Assembly: GCA_049976865.1 (NCBI GenBank)
Contig: JBMFHK010000001.1
Coordinates: forward strand, 31,259 to 95,258
Length of the DNA stretch: 64,000 bases
DNA from: Solirubrobacteraceae bacterium
Lineage (GTDB): Bacteria; Actinomycetota; Thermoleophilia; Solirubrobacterales; Solirubrobacteraceae
Direction of reading: 5' to 3'
In this document: positions 1 through 8,067 of the stretch, one piece after another
Layout: each line of letters starts with the position of its first letter
Position numbering within the stretch: the first letter of the stretch is position 1
Notes under the pieces: model-generated
What the model was told of the DNA's origin: nothing
Database searches by the model: none
The model's input: only the letters and a program-made list of their open reading frames with translations
Made by a program: the position numbers and the translations under genes

Positions 1-1127
1 TCTCGCAGGTTGGCAACAGTGGGCGCCACCATCAGGTGCTGGCAGGGCTGCTTGCTGACGGCCATGCCTATCACTCAAACGCCACTGCGGAGGATGTCAA
101 GGCTTATAAGCTCAAACATGGCGCCGAGCGCGGTTTCAGGGGCGAGCCGGAAGCTGACGGGGCGGTGCGTCTACGCGTCCCCGACGAGGGGCGCACATCG
201 TTTGTGGATCTGGTTCGCGGCGAGGTCAGTTTCCTGAACGCCAACCTGGACGATCCCGTGATCGCCCGTGCCGATGGATCGGTGCTCTACAACTTCGCCG
301 TTGCGATCGATGATCTGGACGAGCGGATTACGCACGTGGTGCGCGGCGAGGACCACATCTCCAACACGCCCAAGCAGCTTTTGGTGTTCGCCGCGCTGGG
401 CGTGGCACCGCCGCGTTACGCGCATCTGCCGCTGTTGCACGGACCGGACGGCCGGAAGCTCTCAAAACGGCATGGCGCGGCATCCGTCCAGGAACTGCGG
501 GATCGCGGCTACCTGCCGGAAGCTGTGAACAACTACATCGCGTTGCTCGGTACCGGCTTTGCTGCTGATGAGGAGTTTTTCACCATGGATGAGATGGCTG
601 CGCGCTTCCGTCTGGACCGCGTGTCGCGCAGCCCCGCCGTCTTTGACGAACAGAAGCTGCGCCACATCAACGGGTTGCATCTGCGGGCTCTGAGCGTCGA
701 GGAGTTGACTGACCGTCTGGAGCGGTTCACCGGTCGGGCCGGGTTGCGCGTCGCAGTTGAGATCTCACGCGAGAAGATCCAGACGCTTGCCGACTTCTGG
801 CCGCTGGCGGGCTTTTTGTTTGATGGCCCCGCTGATGATCCCAAAGCTTTTGCCAAGGTGATCGGCACCGGTGACGGACAGACCGCGCTGCGCCAAGCAC
901 GTGAGGTGCTCGCCGGAGTTGATCCGTTCACGGTGGCCGAGATCGAGGCGGCACTACGAGGGCTGGTGCAGCAGACCGGTCGTCGGTCCGGACAGGTCTT
1001 TCAGCCTGTGCGGGTGGCTATCGCAGGCACCACCGTGTCACCGGGGATCTTTGAGACCGTCGCACTTTTGGGCAAACAGCGCACGCTCGAACTGATAGAC
1101 GCGGCTCTGGCTCGCTGCGCTGGCTAG
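1..1127 (+). CDS. gltX: glutamyl-tRNA synthetase, C-terminal ~375 aa (5' end lies outside the window)
   Basis: Frame of ORF 36..1127 stays open to the window edge. It has the class-I GluRS core (VVRGEDHISNTPKQ), a KMSKS-type loop (GRKLSKRHG) and an anticodon-binding tail. Confidence 0.9.
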   Translation, partial: SQVGNSGRHHQVLAGLLADGHAYHSNATAEDVKAYKLKHGAERGFRGEPEADGAVRLRVPDEGRTSFVDLVRGEVSFLNANLDDPVIARADGSVLYNFAVAIDDLDERITHVVRGEDHISNTPKQLLVFAALGVAPPRYAHLPLLHGPDGRKLSKRHGAASVQELRDRGYLPEAVNNYIALLGTGFAADEEFFTMDEMAARFRLDRVSRSPAVFDEQKLRHINGLHLRALSVEELTDRLERFTGRAGLRVAVEISREKIQTLADFWPLAGFLFDGPADDPKAFAKVIGTGDGQTALRQAREVLAGVDPFTVAEIEAALRGLVQQTGRRSGQVFQPVRVAIAGTTVSPGIFETVALLGKQRTLELIDAALARCAG

Positions 1128-1237
1128 TTTCGATGCGGCCCTGGTGGGGGTGACTCTGGCTGGCCGCCGAGTCCGTTCCGGCAGGCGTGAGCGTGCGTAT
1201 GAGCAGGCGCCGGCGAGGCTAAACATCCGTCGCAGAG

Positions 1238-2383
1238 TTGCCGATAGGACACAAGCGACCGTGTCTGTCGCATGCCAATCCCAGGTCAAAGGTTCAAGTG
1301 CCGACCACTACTGCCCCCATCAGCCGGCCAACAGACGCTCGCGTCCGCAGGGGCTCTGGGCACAATGAAGGCCAGGGTCGGCGTCTGACCGCGGCGTTTG
1401 AGGCGCTGGACGCGTATCCGGTCCTGGCCCAGGCCCGAGTTCGTGTGGCGTCCCTGTTTGACGATGGGGCGCCGCAGGTGTCAGATCTGGTCAGCGCCGT
1501 GGAGGGGGATGTGTCGCTGACCATCACGGTGCTGCGGCTTGCCAACCAGGTCGACGGCTTGACACGCGGCCATGTGGACAACGTGGTGCGGGCGGTGGGC
1601 ATCCTGACCCCCATGGGTGTCCTGGCGGTCGCCAACCGCGCCCGGACCTACGATTTCTTTGAGCGGACCGAGGGCTGGCAGACGGTTCCGGACCGGTTCC
1701 GCCTGCATGGTGTGGCCACGCAGCGGGCGGCCGCTCGGGTCGCCGCGGAGATCGACTTTGAGGCGCGCGACAGGCTGATGGTCTCAGCGTTGCTTCACGA
1801 TGTCGGCAAGCTGGTGCTGATGCACGCCTACCCCGGTTATCTCCGCGACATCCATGAGGATGCTCGCACACCGGAGGAGCGCCTGCAGCGAGAGCGGCGC
1901 GAGTTGGGCGTGGACCACGCGCTCGTGGGCGGGGTCATCGCGCGACGCTGGGGCCTGCCGGCACAGCTTGCTCACGCGCTTGAGGCACATCACAACAGTG
2001 AAGCGGACGGGGAGGCGGCGATCCTGCGGCTCGCCGACATGCTTGCGCACTACACCGTGGGCGAGCCGGTGTCCCCGCCGGATCTCTCAAGGGCGGCGCG
2101 TGCGGTTCATCTGCAGCCCGCGCAACTGCGCGAGATCATGTATGAGATGCCACAGTCTCCGGCTGTCGGCCGGTCCCGCCAGGTTGATCCCTGTCCGCTC
2201 TCCGCTCGCGAGCTGGACGTGCTCAAACGTCTTGCCAAGGGCATGGTCTACAAGCAGATCGCCTCTGAGCTCGGTCTCTCCACAAGCACTGTGCGCACGC
2301 ATCTTCACAACGTGTACGGGAAGTCGGGTGCGATGGATCGCGCCCAGGCGGTGCTCATCGCGACCCAGCGCGGCTGGATCTGA
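1238..2383 (+). CDS. HDOD-domain protein fused to a C-terminal LuxR-type HTH (transcriptional regulator)
   Basis: The HD-related output domain pattern is present (LLHDVGKLVLMHAYP, DHALVGGVIARRWGLP). The C-terminus LSARELDVLKRLAKGMVYKQIASELGLSTSTVRTHLHNVYGK is a canonical LuxR/GerE HTH. The true start is uncertain; the first ~40 aa of the longest ORF look non-native. Confidence 0.7.
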   Translation: MPIGHKRPCLSHANPRSKVQVPTTTAPISRPTDARVRRGSGHNEGQGRRLTAAFEALDAYPVLAQARVRVASLFDDGAPQVSDLVSAVEGDVSLTITVLRLANQVDGLTRGHVDNVVRAVGILTPMGVLAVANRARTYDFFERTEGWQTVPDRFRLHGVATQRAAARVAAEIDFEARDRLMVSALLHDVGKLVLMHAYPGYLRDIHEDARTPEERLQRERRELGVDHALVGGVIARRWGLPAQLAHALEAHHNSEADGEAAILRLADMLAHYTVGEPVSPPDLSRAARAVHLQPAQLREIMYEMPQSPAVGRSRQVDPCPLSARELDVLKRLAKGMVYKQIASELGLSTSTVRTHLHNVYGKSGAMDRAQAVLIATQRGWI

Positions 2384-2507
2384 GCGGCGCCAGCAGAAAC
2401 CCTTGGACTCCCGACCGCCCGCAAATCTCTCTTGGTGTCAGGCGCGTGTGGCAGGGCTCTGCAACCTTGCGGTGGAGAGCAGTTCCGGCTGGTCGCCAGT
2501 CATCGCT

Positions 2508-3917
2508 TCAGATGCGGAAGATCGAGACGCCGCCGGGAACGGATTCGCCGACCAGTATGATGCCACCGATCAAAGTCATGATCGCCGCAGCCTTCCAAAG
2601 CCTGTGATCCTTTGACAGCGCGACCAGCGGCATCGTCAGCATCATGTACCAGGGCAGGAGTGTCCAGGCAGTTGCCAGCACCGTGAGGCTTGCCCAAGCT
2701 GCCGCCTCAATCCAGTCCAGCCGCTGTGTCCAGACGCGCCACATCAACCACAAGATGATTCCGAGGGTGACCACGTCCAGGCCGTATCTGGCCGCCAGTG
2801 GGGTATAGCCCAAAAAAATCGTGAAGAAAAAGCCGGGGACGCTTTGCCAGGAGCCTTCCGCCTGGGTGATGCTCAGCGTGTTGAACATCTGGAAGGCGCC
2901 GAACCCAAAGAAAACCATACTGGCGACAAGGGAGAGCATGCTGGCGGCTGCGATCCCGGCGATTAAACGCTTGCGGCGTTCCGGTGTCCGGGATCCCAGG
3001 TCTGAGAGAACGGCAAACGGCATGACCACGCCGCCCGTGAGCTTGATCGCCATGCTGGTTGCCATGAGCGCGCCGGCCGGCCGGTCACGTCCGACCAGCA
3101 CCGCGTAGACGCCAGCCACCATGAACCAGAGCATCAGGCTGTCGTTGTGCCCGCCACCGACGCCTGAGATGATCACCAGTGGGTTGAGGCCAACTAGCGC
3201 CAGCGCCCGGGTCTGGCTTACACCTCGCAGTGCGGCGCTTTTCCATACCAGCCAGAGCGTGCCGACGATGCACAACCCTCCGACCAGCTTGAAAGTCAGC
3301 TCACTGATCGGCACCGACAGCCAGGCCATCGGTCCGGTGAGTAACGTGAACAACGGCCCGTAGTCGGTTGGCGTCTGAATCCAGGATGCCCCTATGAACT
3401 GGTACACGGGGTCCAGTGAAATGGCAAACGGCCCGTGTGTGTACGGATTGACGTGATAGATCACGAACATCCGTGCGTAGGCCTCGTAGCTGAACATGTC
3501 CGTGGAGAACAGCGGGGGCGCAAGTGTTGCGGCCACCGTGACTATCGCCACGGACCAGATCAACGTGCGCCTGGAGACTCGATCGCTGTAGCCGACAGCG
3601 ATCAGATACACGACCGGCAGCAGTCCGATGATCGGCAGCACCTCAAAGGTAAGCAGCCGGAAGCTGATCAGGTTGAAGATGCCGCCCATGCCGACGGTGT
3701 TCAGCGGGCGGATTGATTGTGGGACCAGGTCGATCGTCCGTGCGGCTACGACGCACAGCACGAGGGTCAGCAGCGGGACTGTTGCGACCACCGCTGACTG
3801 GCGCCACACGAGCATGCGGGACGCGGTTCTTCTGCCGCGTCGTGGCGAGCCTGACCTGTCAGTGAGTTCCAGCGCACCGCCTTCGGCGCCAGCTCCGACC
3901 GAGGCCTCGACGCTCAC
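2508..3917 (-). CDS. polytopic membrane glycosyltransferase, MptB/DUF2029-like (polyprenol-P-mannose dependent mannosyltransferase candidate)
   Basis: There are more than 10 predicted TM segments. The loop motif STDMFSYEAYARMFVIYHVNPYTHGP is typical of GT-C mannosyltransferases. It lies directly downstream of ppm1 on the same strand. Confidence 0.6.
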   Translation of the reverse strand: MSVEASVGAGAEGGALELTDRSGSPRRGRRTASRMLVWRQSAVVATVPLLTLVLCVVAARTIDLVPQSIRPLNTVGMGGIFNLISFRLLTFEVLPIIGLLPVVYLIAVGYSDRVSRRTLIWSVAIVTVAATLAPPLFSTDMFSYEAYARMFVIYHVNPYTHGPFAISLDPVYQFIGASWIQTPTDYGPLFTLLTGPMAWLSVPISELTFKLVGGLCIVGTLWLVWKSAALRGVSQTRALALVGLNPLVIISGVGGGHNDSLMLWFMVAGVYAVLVGRDRPAGALMATSMAIKLTGGVVMPFAVLSDLGSRTPERRKRLIAGIAAASMLSLVASMVFFGFGAFQMFNTLSITQAEGSWQSVPGFFFTIFLGYTPLAARYGLDVVTLGIILWLMWRVWTQRLDWIEAAAWASLTVLATAWTLLPWYMMLTMPLVALSKDHRLWKAAAIMTLIGGIILVGESVPGGVSIFRI

Positions 3918-3960
3918 CTCTACGAGCCTTTCGTCTCTTTGGCTGGCTTTGCGGGCGCTG

Positions 3961-4701
3961 TCATGAGCGTGCCAGCTGTCGGGCCTTCGTCCGGCGCAAT
4001 CTGAGGACCAGCGCCAGCGCTTCCAGGGCGATCATGAAGGACATTTTGCTTTGGCCGGCGGTGCGGTCAGCAAAGACGATCGGGACCTCCCGGACTTTGA
4101 ATCCGGCCTGCAGAGCGCGGTAGGTCAGCTCGATTTGAAACACGTAGCCGTCCGCGCGGAGAGAGTTAAGATTGATCGTCTCCAGGACGCTGCTGTGGAT
4201 GCACTTGAATCCGCCGGTGAGATCCCGGACTGGGACGCGCAGCACGGTCCTTGCGTAGGTGCTTCCTCCGCGGCTGATAAGCCGTCGCATGAGACCCCAG
4301 TTCTGTACCGCACCACCGCGAACGTAGCGTGATCCGAGCACTAGGTCTGCTTCTTGCGCAGCGGCGACCAGGTCCTTGAGATAGCCTGGGTGATGGGAGA
4401 AGTCCGCATCCATTTGGATGACCATCTCCGCACCGTTGGCGAGTGCTTGCTGGAAACCTGCAATGTAGGCGCGTCCGAGTCCCTGTTTGTCCGGCCGGTT
4501 GAGAATCTCGACGTGCTCATTGGTGGCAGCGAGCTGATTGGCCAGCTTGCGCGTGCCGTCCGTAGAGTTGTCATCGACGATCAGGATCCGGTAGTCGCTG
4601 CCGGTGATCGCGGCCATCTCTGTGCTGACCGCGTCTACGATCGGCTCAATGTTCTCAGCCTCGTTGTAGGTCGGAATAACAACCCAGATCCGTGCGCTCA
4701 T
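3961..4701 (-). CDS. ppm1: polyprenol/dolichol-phosphate mannose synthase (GT2)
   Basis: The N-terminus VVIPTYNEAENIEPIV, followed by ILIVDDNSTDGT and QMDADFSHHP, are GT2 DPM1-like signatures. Confidence 0.85.
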   Translation of the reverse strand: MSARIWVVIPTYNEAENIEPIVDAVSTEMAAITGSDYRILIVDDNSTDGTRKLANQLAATNEHVEILNRPDKQGLGRAYIAGFQQALANGAEMVIQMDADFSHHPGYLKDLVAAAQEADLVLGSRYVRGGAVQNWGLMRRLISRGGSTYARTVLRVPVRDLTGGFKCIHSSVLETINLNSLRADGYVFQIELTYRALQAGFKVREVPIVFADRTAGQSKMSFMIALEALALVLRLRRTKARQLARS

Positions 4702-4752
4702 TGGCGACCAGCGTAAACCGAAATGTGAACGGCTGCTTAGCGAAGGACGTGC

Positions 4753-4762
4753 GCCCTAAGCA
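4753..4762. repeat. target-site duplication, left copy (GCCCTAAGCA)
   Basis: An identical 10-mer occurs at 6229..6238, immediately outside the right inverted repeat. Confidence 0.8.
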
Positions 4763-6228
4763 CAATACTGATAACTTAGTGTCCGAGGCTTGGGTTATGG
4801 TTGTCGCGTGCCTCGGTCTGGTTGGGTCAAGCCGGTCAGTGATCAGCGTTTGTCGGATCACATCTCGATTGGTGTTCTGACACGGGTGTTCCCGTCGGAG
4901 CTGGTCGACGCGGTGATCTTGGAGGCGGGGCGTGTTGAGCGCCGGTCGCGGTTGTTGCCGGCGCGGGTGGTCGTGTACTACGTGTTGGCGATGGCGTTGT
5001 TCGCGGACTCGTCGTATGAGGAGGTGATGCGTCAGCTGGTGGAGGGGCTCTCGTGGACGTCTGATTGGCAGCGGACGTGGGAGGTGCCGAGCCGGGTAGC
5101 GATCGCGAAGGCACGTCAGCGGCTGGGACGCGAGCCGCTTGAGCTGCTGTTCGCGGCGGTCGCCTCACCGCTGGCGGGGCAGGCCACGCGCGGGGCGTTC
5201 TACCGCGGGCTGAGGCTGATGAGCGTCGACGGGACGTGCCTGGATTTGGCTGACACACCGGAGAACGATGCGGAGTTCGGGAGGCCGGGCTCGTCGCGTC
5301 GTGTGGGTGGCGGCGCGTTCCCACAGTTGCGTATAGTCGCGCTGTCAGAGACCGGGACGCACGCGATCACGGACGCGGCGCTCGGGCCGTACCGCAGTTC
5401 GGAGAACGCGCTCGCTGATGAGCTTCTCGGGGCGCTGAAAGACGGCATGTTGTGTCTGGCCGACCGTGGCTTCTACAGCTTTGAACGGTTCGAGAACGCC
5501 CGTCGCACCGGGGCGCAGCTGCTGTGGCGGGTGAAATCGAACATGCTCCTGCCGCGCGAGCAGCAGCTCCAGGACGGGTCGTACCTGACACGCATCTACA
5601 GCTCTCAGGACGATCGGGGCGCTAAGCGCGATGGTGTCGTGATGAGGGTCGTGGAGTACGGGATCGATGATCCCGGCGTGCCTCAGGCCGAGCAGCGCTA
5701 CCGGCTGCTGACAACGGTCCTTGACCCGGACGCCGCGCCCGGCTCTGAGCTCGCGAACCTCTACTCCGAGCGCTGGGAGCTTGAGGGCACGCTCGACGAG
5801 CTCAAAACCCATCAGCGTGGCCCGCGCGCGGTGCTGCGCTCAAAACACCCCGACGGTGTCTACCAGGAAGCGTACGGGTACCTGTGCACGCACTACGCGA
5901 TCCGCCGGCTGATGCACGACGCTGCGCTCACCGCAGATCTCGACCCTGACCGATTGTCGTTCACCAGAAGCCTCCGCGCCGCACGCCGCTCAACCCGCTC
6001 GCACCCGGGATTTTTTCCCCCACAGCATCGCCACAGCCCACCAGCAAGCGGTCGCTGAAATCCTCGCCCAGCCACTCCCCGAACGCCGGCAACGCGCCCA
6101 GCCAAGGGTCATCAAACGCAAGATGAGCAAATGGCCGGTCAAGCGCCCCGAACACCGCGACTGGCCCCAGCCAACCAAACCGCCCGACAAAACGATCACC
6201 ATCCTAGCCGCCTAAGTTATCAGTCTTG
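4763..6228 (+). mobile_element. IS4-family insertion sequence (1466 bp) with 17-bp terminal inverted repeats
   Basis: IRL 4763..4779 is CAATACTGATAACTTAG. The reverse complement of IRR 6212..6228 is CAAGACTGATAACTTAG (16/17 match). The element is flanked by a 10-bp direct repeat and contains one transposase gene. Confidence 0.85.
4790..6215 (+). pseudogene. IS4-family DDE transposase with N-terminal IS4 domain; reading frame broken at a T6C5 homopolymer
   Basis: ORF 4790..6058 carries the IS4 N-terminal signature (ISIGVLTRVFPSELVDAVI...RRSRLLPARVVVYYVLAMALF). The expected C-terminus (HSIATAHQQAVAEILAQPLPERRQRAQPRVIKRKMSKWPVKRP...) continues in another frame from ~6021. It ends at TAA 6213..6215, inside IRR. 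The frames switch at GGATTTTTTCCCCC (6008..6021). Confidence 0.75.
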
Positions 6229-6238
6229 GCCCTAAGCA
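6229..6238. repeat. target-site duplication, right copy (GCCCTAAGCA)
   Basis: Identical to 4753..4762. Confidence 0.8.
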
Positions 6239-6259
6239 GGGGTTAAATGCTGGCAGCCG

Positions 6260-6718
6260 TCACCGCCGGATATACGCGACTCTGCCCCAGCTGGGTTCCG
6301 GTGCGAGTTCAATCGGCTCGCCGCCGCGTGTCGGCTGGATGTAGATGAAGGTGGCAGTCTTGTCGTCGAAGGTGACATTGAGTTCGCCTTCCTTGACGCG
6401 CTGGTCCAGCCAGGCGCTGCGGAAGATCAACCGACGGAGCCAATGCACCAGCGAGCGATCCGACGATCCGACCAGCTCGGTCCAGCATTCATTGACGTGT
6501 TCACCTAGGGCAGAGGCCGGATCGGTCACTTCACCGTTGACAACCAGGTTGATCAGGTCCTCGGCCTCGTCGTCGGTGACGGTGCTGTCGATGAAGCCCA
6601 CGCGGCGGGCGGCCTGCTCGCAGCGCTCTTGAAAGTCACGCTCATTGAACGTGAAGCGGAGATCCCCGTACTCCAGAACGAAGTCCTCGCCCGACGCGTA
6701 GTTGTCCCGCCGATACAT
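6260..6718 (-). CDS. hypothetical acidic cytoplasmic protein (152 aa), no recognisable domain
   Basis: The ORF is clean with protein-like composition and no TM segment or signal peptide. G+C looks somewhat lower than in the neighbours. It is divergent from the response-regulator gene. Confidence 0.55.
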   Translation of the reverse strand: MYRRDNYASGEDFVLEYGDLRFTFNERDFQERCEQAARRVGFIDSTVTDDEAEDLINLVVNGEVTDPASALGEHVNECWTELVGSSDRSLVHWLRRLIFRSAWLDQRVKEGELNVTFDDKTATFIYIQPTRGGEPIELAPEPSWGRVAYIRR

Positions 6719-6872
6719 ACCGTCGGGATCTTATGGCTGAGTCCTTTACTGGCGCAGCCTCTGAACGTGATTTTGCAGAGAACACCGGTATTTGCGGTTT
6801 TTGTCGCAAGTAGCGACCAGAACGCGAGGTGAGGGGGGGTGGTTTTGCGTCGCCCAGGCCTCTATTGCGCAG

Positions 6873-7631
6873 ATGTCTGACCTGGCCAGCACCATTCTCC
6901 TTGTTGACGGTAACCGCGTCGCTCGGGGCAGCCTCGCCGAGCAGCTGTGTGCAGACGGGTACAACGTGCTCGAGGCAGGCGCCGGCGGCAGCGCCCTCAA
7001 GCTCTTGGAGAGCCAGTTTGTCGATGCGGCCGTGATTGACCGTGCGCTTGCCGACGGTGATGGCCTTGGACTTCTGACCGCTATCCGTGGAGCCGGCACG
7101 GTGGCCGCACGGCTCGACGTGGATTTGCCGATCATCATGACGTCGGCCGGTGCATCCTGGCTTGACCGTGTCCGAGGTCTGGAGCGCGGCTGTGATGACT
7201 ATCTAGCCAGCCCGTTTCCATACCCTGAGCTGCACGCGCGTCTGGTCGCGCTACTGAGGCGGCGGGTGCGGATGGCTGTCGGTGCGAGGCTTCGGGTCGG
7301 GCCGCTTGAGGTGAACGCCCTGGCGCGCCAGGCATGGGTGGACGGTCGTGCACTGGCGCTTTCCGGCAAGGAATTCAGTTTGCTGCAGACGCTCGCTCGT
7401 GAGCCCACCAGGGTCTTCAGCCGGGAGGAGTTGATGGTGGCCGTCTGGGGTTGGGCGGGCTCAGGCCGAGCGGGCTATCGGACGCGCACGCTTGACCAGC
7501 ATGCGTCACGACTGCGGCGCAAACTCGCCGTGCACGGGGTCAGCTTTGTGGTCAACGTCTGGGGGGTTGGCTACCGCTTGCTGGACATGACGCAGACGGG
7601 TGCGGTCGGAACGCTGGCGCAGGTCAGCTGA
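6873..7631 (+). CDS. OmpR/PhoB-family response regulator, atypical receiver, no cognate kinase in the window
   Basis: The receiver domain (ILLVDGN, VIDRALADGDG, IIMTSAG) is followed by a winged helix (LSGKEFSLLQTLAREPTRVFSREELM...VWGVGYRLL). I placed the start at ATG 6873 (MSDLASTILLVDG); the longest ORF begins at 6792. Confidence 0.8.
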   Translation: MSDLASTILLVDGNRVARGSLAEQLCADGYNVLEAGAGGSALKLLESQFVDAAVIDRALADGDGLGLLTAIRGAGTVAARLDVDLPIIMTSAGASWLDRVRGLERGCDDYLASPFPYPELHARLVALLRRRVRMAVGARLRVGPLEVNALARQAWVDGRALALSGKEFSLLQTLAREPTRVFSREELMVAVWGWAGSGRAGYRTRTLDQHASRLRRKLAVHGVSFVVNVWGVGYRLLDMTQTGAVGTLAQVS

Positions 7632-7699
7632 GTCCGGGTTCGGCGCGTTTGCACTCCCAGCGGTGTGCGGAGACCTGCGGTGAGCGCGGGCGAGGTTCA

Positions 7700-7786
7700 G
7701 ATAGCCGCGTTGGCGTGGGCTTGCGTGGCAGCCGCCAAAAACCGCCTCGTGCTGGCGCCGGATAGCCGCGTTGGCGTGGGCTTGCG
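7700..7786. repeat. 26-bp perfect direct repeat (GATAGCCGCGTTGGCGTGGGCTTGCG), two copies 61 bp apart
   Basis: The copies lie at 7700..7725 and 7761..7786, in the 436-nt gap between the response regulator and mraZ. Confidence 0.9.
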
Positions 7787-7957
7787 GCAAGTGATGGCTG
7801 CCTAAAGTCAACTGAGGTTTTGCAGGCCGGCAGGGAGTGCTGCGCTGGCGTCTGCATCTTGCGGTCTGCCGGGCACCCCTGGGTCTGTCTTCGCTGCTGT
7901 GCGGCGCCCAGCGCCGGAGCAAATCTGGCACCGGTGGGAGGATGGCTCACGAGCGCG

Positions 7958-7990
7958 TTGCAAAGTGGGAAGGAATGGGTTAATGTGGGG
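7958..7990 (+). promoter_or_regulatory. candidate dcw (Pmra-like) promoter with three (G/A)TGGG direct repeats (candidate MraZ operator)
   Basis: TTGCAA (7958..7963), a 17-nt spacer, then TAATGT (7981..7986). The boxes are GTGGGA at 7965, ATGGGT at 7975 and GTGGGG at 7985, exactly 10 bp apart. The site is about 80 nt upstream of the mraZ ATG. Confidence 0.55.
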
Positions 7991-8001
7991 CATGCATGCA
8001 G

Positions 8002-8044
8002 GGACCCGGGTGGCAGGGCTCCTCCCACCCGGCCACCCGGGTCC
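8002..8044 (+). promoter_or_regulatory. perfect 12-bp inverted repeat / hairpin in the presumed mraZ 5' UTR
   Basis: GGACCCGGGTGG (8002..8013) pairs with CCACCCGGGTCC (8033..8044) around a 19-nt loop. The loop plus the 3' arm contain tandem CCACCCGG CCACCCGG. Confidence 0.6.
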
Positions 8045-8067
8045 TCCAGCTTCAGTCAGGCAGATGA

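Noticed and set aside
1270-1330. tRNA-like GGTTCAAGT (T-loop-like) sequence downstream of gltX
   Set aside because: The flanking bases do not form a T-stem or an acceptor stem, so no cloverleaf can be drawn.
7700-7786. CRISPR array
   Set aside because: There are only two repeat copies, the single 35-nt spacer shares partial similarity with the sequence that follows the second copy, and no cas genes are present. It is better described as a tandem duplication.
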